DNA of 64,000 bases, from positions 725,858 through 789,857 of the forward strand of contig CAVXRD010000003.1 in the NCBI GenBank assembly GCA_963764165.1, read 5' to 3'. This DNA is from an uncultured Verrucomicrobiae bacterium (lineage in GTDB: Bacteria > Verrucomicrobiota > Verrucomicrobiia > Limisphaerales > Palsa-1400). The notes under the pieces are model-generated. The model did no database searches. It had not been told where the DNA came from and saw nothing but the letters and a program-made list of their open reading frames with translations. The translations under genes and the position numbers were made by a program. Below, in pieces: positions 57,230 through 64,000 of this stretch; position 1 is the first letter of the stretch, and each line of letters starts with the position of its first letter.

Positions 57230-58363
57230 TTAAGACAAAACAACCTGCGGGGGCGGCGGCACCGCCTCACTGGGCACTCGCGGAGCCGGGCCAATCGTGG
57301 CTCCGGGACGGTACTCAAGACTGACATGAACCGCGCGCCGCGCCACGCGTCCCGTTTCCACCAGTTCCATCACCTTGAGCCGCACGTAGCGAGCGAAGGT
57401 CTTGGTGTTGTTTTCGTAGTGGCACACGGGCGGATTCAATTCGCGAAACCAACTGTCGCTCGGAATGCAAACCATCGAAACCTCGCGGGGGATGGCGATG
57501 CCCCTGGAGGTCATCCACGAATAGCATGTCAACAATTGGCTGGATGAGCACAGCACCAGCGCGGTGGGACGCTGCTCCATTTTGAAGGCAGCCTCCAGCG
57601 AATGCGCCATGCTGCCGGGCGCGCTTTCATCGCGGAAAACCACCAATTGCGCGGGCGGCGAAACCGAAGCCAGGGCGCGCCGCAATCCTCGTTCGATCGC
57701 CAGCATCCCCGGCATCATTTGCTCGAAGGCCATTTGCGCAATGATGCGATGCCCTTGCCGCACCAATTGGATGCCTGCGTGATACGCGGCTGATTCCCAA
57801 TCATTGACGACAAATGGCAGATTGACCCCGGGAAACGGCGAACCGTAAATGAATGCGGGCAGCCCTTGCTTGTCGAACCAGCGCTGCGTGGCTTCGTTGA
57901 CGAAGTGGAGCATCCACGCCGCCGAGGGATTCTCCGCCACAATTTGTTTCAGATGAAGTTCCGGCCGTTCAGAATGAACCCGCGGCGAGGAAACAAAACG
58001 CAATTCGCGCCCCTGCTCCGCCAGGTGTTTTTGCAGCTCGTTGAATTCCACGAGCATGATCTGGTCGACGGTGGAGAATGGTGAAAGAAACGTGACCGGC
58101 AAATGGCGGTTCGCCACCGGACGAAGGGCCGGGATGCGATCCTTGAGAACAAACCGCGGTTTGCCCTGCCCCGGCGAGTGGATCCATCCTTCCTCCTCCA
58201 ACATCTTGAGCGCGAGCCGCAACGTATCGCGCCCGACACCCAGGCGCGCTTTGAGCGGCAATTCTCCAGGCAGCGCCTCGTTCAAATCCCCGCCAGAGAT
58301 CCATCGTTTCAGAGTCTCCGCGGTTTCGGCGACAAGACTGGTTCTCTTGGGCAGATGATGCAT
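57230..58363 (-). CDS. GntR-HTH + LacI-type ligand-binding regulator
   Basis: [34 protein letters not shown]. Confidence 0.88.
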   Translation of the reverse strand: MHHLPKRTSLVAETAETLKRWISGGDLNEALPGELPLKARLGVGRDTLRLALKMLEEEGWIHSPGQGKPRFVLKDRIPALRPVANRHLPVTFLSPFSTVDQIMLVEFNELQKHLAEQGRELRFVSSPRVHSERPELHLKQIVAENPSAAWMLHFVNEATQRWFDKQGLPAFIYGSPFPGVNLPFVVNDWESAAYHAGIQLVRQGHRIIAQMAFEQMMPGMLAIERGLRRALASVSPPAQLVVFRDESAPGSMAHSLEAAFKMEQRPTALVLCSSSQLLTCYSWMTSRGIAIPREVSMVCIPSDSWFRELNPPVCHYENNTKTFARYVRLKVMELVETGRVARRAVHVSLEYRPGATIGPAPRVPSEAVPPPPQVVLS

Positions 58364-58453
58364 GCAGCTTGCCCAATGTATGGCCCAATCCGCCCCGAAT
58401 ATCCAGCGAAACAATCTAGTCCGGAATCATCGAACGGGAAGAGGAAAAAATTG

Positions 58454-58588
58454 AATCTGGAACTCAGGAACATCAGGAAAAGAGGCGGAAGGTGGATTCG
58501 CGCGCAGGGCAATTGTCCCAATTCACATGAACTCCCATTGCCCGCAAAACGCCCCGTCCTCTTGTCCTGATTTCGTGAGTTCCAGATT
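58454..58588. repeat. Inverted-repeat element (AATCTGGAAC..TCAGGA family)
   Basis: Arms 58454-58478 and 58565-58588; related to 16340-16501. Confidence 0.75.
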
Positions 58589-58604
58589 ATTTCATTTTTC
58601 CTGA

Positions 58605-59420
58605 TTAGTAACTGGTCACAATCCCTTTGTTGGCCACGTTGTTCATGGCAAGGTCGAAGTTGACCGTTTTTGCCGTTGGGCCGAGCGACCAGACCACCGC
58701 ATTCCCCGGAACCAGCAGCGTCGAGCCGGGATATTGCGCTGAGTACATTTGGTTGAGGTAGGGATCAAACACCCGGTTGTCGCCACTGGTGTCAATTGTA
58801 ATGATATAAGGCAAACCCCACGGATCGCGCAGAATATTATCCGTCCCGACCCCGCTTCCGCCAAGCGCGCTTCCAGCCGCCACCGGCGCCGAGGCCAGCT
58901 TGCCCGTGTAATAGTTGATCTGCTGGGGATTATAAACGTGCGACTGTCCACCTGCCGATTCGGGTGGAAAGGCGTCATCGCGCAAAATGGCAATGACCTC
59001 GGAATTGTTGTTTTGATAGGTGGAGTTTGGTGTGATGATCCCATGCGAAGCCGCGGGAATGCTGGGGAATCCCGCCAACAGACCGCCGCCGCCGGTGGAA
59101 CTTGAGCCAAATGTAAAATCGTTGGTGCCGCCAGCCACCGAATTCAACGCACCGCTGGAAACAGGCACGCGCGCATAATTTGCCGCATAACTCGATATGC
59201 CGGCCACCAAGAGTGCCTCGTCCCCCTTGCAGACAGTGCGTCGCGCTCGCATTTGGGCGATGGGCAGCGCGGCCAGGATGAGCGCGGCCAAAATTCCAAT
59301 GATGGCGATGACCGTCAATAATTCGATGAGTGTGAATCCGCAGCGGATGTTGCGGCCGGCAGGCAATTTCCTCTTGAGCATGGTTTTCTCCTTAGTTGTA
59401 CAGAATAGTTCTGTGTTCAT
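58605..59420 (-). CDS. Prepilin-type (pseudopilin-like) protein
   Basis: [29 protein letters not shown]. Confidence 0.9.
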   Translation of the reverse strand: MNTELFCTTKEKTMLKRKLPAGRNIRCGFTLIELLTVIAIIGILAALILAALPIAQMRARRTVCKGDEALLVAGISSYAANYARVPVSSGALNSVAGGTNDFTFGSSSTGGGGLLAGFPSIPAASHGIITPNSTYQNNNSEVIAILRDDAFPPESAGGQSHVYNPQQINYYTGKLASAPVAAGSALGGSGVGTDNILRDPWGLPYIITIDTSGDNRVFDPYLNQMYSAQYPGSTLLVPGNAVVWSLGPTAKTVNFDLAMNNVANKGIVTSY

Positions 59421-59597
59421 TTTTTAACCCGTCCCCTTGAGGTAATGCGCCCTAATGGCTCATTCGCTTGCCGCTAATATGGACTTATAATTTTATTGAC
59501 GCAAGTTAAAAACGCCGCAAGTGAAATAAATATTTGAACAGGAGGAAGACCGAGGGCGCGGAGCAGGAAAAAACGCCGGGGAACGGGAGCCCTTTCC

Positions 59598-59818
59598 GTT
59601 CCTCGACGGTTTCGGTGAAACAGCAATGACAAAACTTGATTGATTTCGGCGAGGAGACTCTTCGTTCCCTGCGCCTCTGCGCGCGATTGCTTTTGATTGC
59701 GCGATGAATCCAAATGAGATCGCCGTAGAAATCCCCGTCGCCGCTTACCGCGCTGTCAATGGCCTGCCGGAGGAAAAAGAATACTCGCGCAGAGAAGATG
59801 AGTCCGCAGAGGAAGCAC
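59598..59818 (+). repeat. Diverged repeat copy B with an internally deleted GxxExxY-like remnant
   Basis: MNPNEIA..AAYR fused to VNGLPEE; shares CGCGCAGAGAAGATGAGT.CGCAGAGGAA with copy A. Confidence 0.65.
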
Positions 59819-59948
59819 AAAGGACATTGGAGGGTTGTCGCCACCCATTTATTCTTTGGGGCTACCCGCCTGGCCCGTCGTCAATTACAAAATTGCTTCT
59901 TGTTTTTTCTCTCGTCAAAGTGAACTTTTGTTCTACAGTCGCCGGAGC

Positions 59949-60881
59949 ATGACGCCAGAGTCTGTCATAGAAACGGAGTCTCTCTGTAAAATCTTCGGCC
60001 ATCAACGGGCCTTGGATAGCGTCACCGTCAAGGTTGCTCCCGGGTCAATCGGGCTGCTCGGCCCCAATGGAGCGGGAAAAAGCACGTTCATGAAGTGCCT
60101 TCTCCAGTTGCAGCCCATCTCTTCCGGCGCCGCGAAATTGCTTGGACGCGACGTCGGGTCAGAAGGGCGCGAGATTCGCAAGCGCGTCGGTTATGCGCCG
60201 GAGCAAAATTGCCACATCCCCGGCATGGTCGGGTGCGAGTATGTGACATATTGCGCGCAATTAAGCGGCCTGCCCTTTCAAGCGGCGCGGCAGCGGGCGC
60301 ATGAGATGCTGGACTTCGTGGGAATGAGCCAGGAGCGCTATCGCAAGATCGAGAGCTATTCCACCGGCATGAAGCAGCGGCTCAAGCTGGCCCAAGCCAT
60401 CGTCCACGATCCGGAAATTGTCTTTCTCGATGAACCCACCAACGGCCTTGACCCAAAAGGCCAGGCGCAAATTCTCGAATTGGTGGGAAGCCTTTGGAAA
60501 CAATTCGGCATCAGCGTCATTTTGTCGTCGCACCTGCTGCACGATGTCGAGCAAGTGTGCGAGCGAATCATCATCATCGCGCGCGGAAAAGTTTTGGTTC
60601 ACGACAGTCTGGCCGCGTTGAAAGCAAAACGCCGCGGCGCGGCGGAAGTCGTGGTGGCGAACGGACACCAGGAACTGGTGACGGCCTGCCGCTCGAAGAA
60701 TTGGCTGTGCGACCTGCTGCCCAACGGCCATGTGCGCATCGAGCACAATTCGCAAACGTTGAACCCCCTCATAACCCTGATGAACGAACTCAAGCTGGCC
60801 CCCCTTGAGATCATCCCCAGCCCCAACGCGCTGGAGGAAGCGTTCCTGCAAGCACTGGAGATTTCGCATGCCCCTTCATGA
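59949..60881 (+). CDS. ABC transporter ATP-binding protein
   Basis: GPNGAGKST, YSTGMKQR, LDEPT. Confidence 0.95.
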   Translation: MTPESVIETESLCKIFGHQRALDSVTVKVAPGSIGLLGPNGAGKSTFMKCLLQLQPISSGAAKLLGRDVGSEGREIRKRVGYAPEQNCHIPGMVGCEYVTYCAQLSGLPFQAARQRAHEMLDFVGMSQERYRKIESYSTGMKQRLKLAQAIVHDPEIVFLDEPTNGLDPKGQAQILELVGSLWKQFGISVILSSHLLHDVEQVCERIIIIARGKVLVHDSLAALKAKRRGAAEVVVANGHQELVTACRSKNWLCDLLPNGHVRIEHNSQTLNPLITLMNELKLAPLEIIPSPNALEEAFLQALEISHAPS

Positions 60882-61863
60882 AGCCCATTACCAGCACTGG
60901 GACGGTGTCCATGAAGGAATCTGGATGCGGCGGTGGGTCATTACGAAAAATGGACTCACTGCCTGCCTGAAAACCAGATTGCTCAAGACGGTCATCGTCG
61001 CCTGTTGGATGACTTCACTGATCACGACGGCATTCTTATTTTTTCTCGGACAACTGCTCGTCCCGGACAGCATGGTGGCAAACTGGGTCACGCAAATGAA
61101 TTCCCAATTGCAAACCTTCTTCGAGATGCTGACGACCTGGCTGCGCCTGCACCCGGAATTATCGGTGAGCACCACGCAGAATGTTCTATTCTATTTTTAC
61201 TGCGTCTACGTGATGCCGATGAGCATTTTTGCGCTGGGAATGGCGCTGCCGATGCTCATTACGCGCGACCTCGCCAGCAGCGCCATCGTCATCTATTCGT
61301 CGAAGGCCGTCTCTCGCGGGGATTACCTGATTGGAAAATTCGGCACCGCATTCGGCCTGCTCACCTTAACGTGGCTGGGCCCGGTCTGCGCAGCGTGGTT
61401 CTTGAGCAATCTTCTCGCGCCGGACTGGACATTTTTCTGGCATGCGCGCGTTCCTCTCTTTCATGTCCTCCTCTTCGGATTGCCCAGCATGGTCATTTTG
61501 AGTTGCCTGGCGCTGGGAGTGTCGGCCTTCTCAAGCCGCGAAAAAGCCACTCCCGCCTTGTGGTTTACATGGTGGGCGGTTGGCTTGGTGATTCAGCCCA
61601 TCGCGGTGCAAACGATTCCATTTCTTCAACACATCAGCTTCGGCTACAATTTGCGGCAGATCGCGCTGGCGGTCTTTCAACTTGGAGACAATCTTCGCAC
61701 CGCCCAAACGGGAATTCCAATTTTCGGGGATATGCTGAAAAATTTGAGGCCCGAAACCCGCGCCGCCATCGAGAACCCAAGACTGGCGGGCGCAATCCTG
61801 GCCCTCGCGATCATGGTAACCGTGGCCGGAAGCATTGTTAGAAAGCGGGTGAAACCGGAATGA
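60868..61863 (+). CDS. ABC-2 type permease
   Basis: Multiple TM helices, ITRD..SRGDYLIGK. Confidence 0.85.
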   Translation: MPLHEAHYQHWDGVHEGIWMRRWVITKNGLTACLKTRLLKTVIVACWMTSLITTAFLFFLGQLLVPDSMVANWVTQMNSQLQTFFEMLTTWLRLHPELSVSTTQNVLFYFYCVYVMPMSIFALGMALPMLITRDLASSAIVIYSSKAVSRGDYLIGKFGTAFGLLTLTWLGPVCAAWFLSNLLAPDWTFFWHARVPLFHVLLFGLPSMVILSCLALGVSAFSSREKATPALWFTWWAVGLVIQPIAVQTIPFLQHISFGYNLRQIALAVFQLGDNLRTAQTGIPIFGDMLKNLRPETRAAIENPRLAGAILALAIMVTVAGSIVRKRVKPE

Positions 61864-62789
61864 GCGTCATCGTCCAGGCACATGAGGTGAGCCGCTGGTA
61901 CGGCATCGTGATGGGGCTGAACAACGTCAGCTTTGAGATCCAGTCTGGATTGACTGGATTGGTCGGGCCCAACGGCGCTGGAAAAAGCACGCTCATTCAA
62001 ATCATCACCGGCCAGTTGCAGCCGAGTTCGGGTTCACTGACCGTTTTTGGCGACAGGCCTTGGAATAACCCGGTCCTCCTCCGCCGCCTCGGCTACTGCC
62101 CGGAAGGAGAAGCGGTGCCGAAGGAACTGCGGCCGCTCGAGTGGCTGGAGGCAATGGGCCTGATGTCCGGCTTGAAATCCAGCGAAGTTAAAGCGAAATC
62201 GGAGGCTATGCTCGATAAGGTTAAATTGCCTCGCGAGCATTGGCACAAGCGTCTCGGCCAATATTCGAAGGGCATGAAACAACGGGTCAAACTTGCCCAG
62301 GGACTCTTGCACAGCCCCGACCTTCTTGTGCTTGACGAGCCGATGAACGGTTTGGATCCGATGGGCCGCCAGGAAGTCGCGCAAACCCTCAAGGAACTCG
62401 CCGCCGAAGGTGTAAGCATCCTCATTTCCAGCCACATCCTCGCCGAAATGGAGGCGCTTTGTCATAACATCATTGTGCTCAATTGGGGCCGGATTCTCGC
62501 CTCGGGAAGCCAGATTGAAATTCGCGGCGACATCAAGAATTGGTCCGAAGAATTGGATGTCGAATGCAGTTCTCCCGAGACGCTGGCCCGGCGGCTGTTT
62601 GACGCGGGCGTGCTAATTGGCTTCGATTTGCCTGCCGGCAAACCGGGCATGCTGAGCATTCGAATCAAGGATTCGCGGAGCTTTTACCAGCAATGGACAA
62701 CTCTGCTAGTTGAGAGCGGCGTCGAGGTCTTTTCCATCCGCGGCCGGAGCCGGTCACTGCAAAACATCTACGAAAAGGTGACAACATGA
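61860..62789 (+). CDS. ABC transporter ATP-binding protein
   Basis: GPNGAGKST, YSKGMKQR, LDEPM. Confidence 0.95.
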   Translation: MSVIVQAHEVSRWYGIVMGLNNVSFEIQSGLTGLVGPNGAGKSTLIQIITGQLQPSSGSLTVFGDRPWNNPVLLRRLGYCPEGEAVPKELRPLEWLEAMGLMSGLKSSEVKAKSEAMLDKVKLPREHWHKRLGQYSKGMKQRVKLAQGLLHSPDLLVLDEPMNGLDPMGRQEVAQTLKELAAEGVSILISSHILAEMEALCHNIIVLNWGRILASGSQIEIRGDIKNWSEELDVECSSPETLARRLFDAGVLIGFDLPAGKPGMLSIRIKDSRSFYQQWTTLLVESGVEVFSIRGRSRSLQNIYEKVTT

Positions 62790-63949
62790 GCGCAACCGAG
62801 CCGCAAGCGCCTCAATCCGCCCCGGCCCGCCGGCTTCCTGGGTTTGCCGGCGCTTTTCTCGGGGCGTTGATCCTCACATGGCGCACCCAATTTGGGATTC
62901 GCAAATTGCCGGGACAGTTGGCGATGCTGCTGGCGCTTCCGGTTTTGATCCTGCTCACTGTCAAATCCCCGAAAGCCTGGGAAGAGCGCCGCACCCAAAT
63001 TGCTGATCCCGACTACGTCGTCAACCGGCTCAACCATCGGTTGGGACGCGGAAAGACGCCTCTCACTGGCGAGGCGCGCGAAAAGCTGACGGAATTGCTG
63101 AAAAAGGAAACCACGCGAAGCGAGCACGCGTGGTTCGAGGATCCGACCGATACACCGGACAGCCGCAGGCGGCGCATCAATAATCTTTTGGATGAATGGA
63201 ACAGCCGAATCCTGGCGGGGGCAAAGACGACTCTTGATGCCGCTCAATACAAAGAGTTCCAGCGAGTCCAGGATGAGAGCCGCGACAACGCGTTCCGCAA
63301 CATGACCCAGGTGTCGGTGCCGTGGAGCCGGGTCGAGCCATTCTATCACTGGCTCGTTAATTTTTATTTCTACCTGATGCTTCCGCTCATGTGCGTGCGG
63401 GCCGGCGGGCCGCTCATTCGTGACGAATTGCAGGCGGATACGCTTTGCTTTCTCATTACCCGCCCGGTCGGCCGCGCGCAGTTGATTATCGTAAAATTTC
63501 TGACACAGCTGCTTTGGACGGAATCGGTGATGGCTATTGAACTGCTTTTAATTTTTGCCGCCGGCGCCGCGCAGCACGTGGAAAATTTAGGAACGCTGCT
63601 GCCGCTGGCCTTGCTGGCGCAAATCCTGGCCGTCCCCGCGTTTTGCGGGCTCGGACTTTTGCTTGGGCAATTGACGACCCGCTACATGGCCACCGCGCTG
63701 CTCTACGGCGCCGTGGTGGAAATGGGAATCGGGCGGATTCCGACCAACATCAACACCATTTCGCTGCTCAAACACGTCGACACGCTGCTCTCCCATAACG
63801 ACGCGCTGCAGAACATTTTCAACTGGGCGGCGGGCGGCACCGCCACGGCAGTTGTTGTCCTGGTGCTCGCTCCAGCTCTCTTTGTGGGTGTCGCGGCGGC
63901 CTTGTTCACCTTCCGCGAATACCACCACGCTGCGGAAATGCAGAAGTAG
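62786..63949 (+). CDS. ABC-2 type permease
   Basis: IRDE..TL.FL.TRPV.R, multiple TM helices. Confidence 0.85.
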   Translation: MSATEPQAPQSAPARRLPGFAGAFLGALILTWRTQFGIRKLPGQLAMLLALPVLILLTVKSPKAWEERRTQIADPDYVVNRLNHRLGRGKTPLTGEAREKLTELLKKETTRSEHAWFEDPTDTPDSRRRRINNLLDEWNSRILAGAKTTLDAAQYKEFQRVQDESRDNAFRNMTQVSVPWSRVEPFYHWLVNFYFYLMLPLMCVRAGGPLIRDELQADTLCFLITRPVGRAQLIIVKFLTQLLWTESVMAIELLLIFAAGAAQHVENLGTLLPLALLAQILAVPAFCGLGLLLGQLTTRYMATALLYGAVVEMGIGRIPTNINTISLLKHVDTLLSHNDALQNIFNWAAGGTATAVVVLVLAPALFVGVAAALFTFREYHHAAEMQK

Positions 63950-64000
63950 GCTGGAAGGGAATGCGCATCCATTTTGCGGCATTGAAAAACGAATTCCTTT

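Noticed and set aside
59949..63949. ABC exporter as the NRPS product transporter
   Set aside because: About 46 kb from the NRPS genes and an ordinary four-gene ABC-2 layout; no linking evidence.

Overview
GC-rich bacterial DNA whose gene repertoire suggests Verrucomicrobiota of the Pedosphaera type (inferred from prepilin/H-X9-DG proteins, FYRV/YYRL-tailed secreted proteins and DUF3486-like orphans). The left half holds a minus-strand biosynthetic locus. It has three NRPS genes: A-T-C(dehydrating-type)-A-T; C-A-T; and C-A-T-TE(Cys)-halfC-A, which runs off the left edge and is missing from the ORF track. It also has a tightly overlapping GT2 / nucleotidyltransferase / Sfp-PPTase / WecB-STAS-STAS / GT4 operon and an alkaline-phosphatase-superfamily gene. 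This locus is split by two plus-strand accessory blocks carrying toxin-antitoxin modules (many decayed), tandem LamG/Ig/lectin secreted proteins, a HAF-repeat protein and several REP/MITE-like repeat families. The right half holds PqiA/MCE plus two-component genes, an NtrC-type regulator, a general-stress island with sigma54 motifs, mpg, a prepilin-GntR-prepilin cassette bracketed by diverged inverted repeats, and an ABC-2 exporter operon. The best candidate for an undescribed system is the NRPS-glycosyltransferase hybrid pathway, possibly a peptide-decorated glycan or glycopeptide made through an internal Cys thioesterase. Family assignments come from motif reading and recall; no database searches were run.
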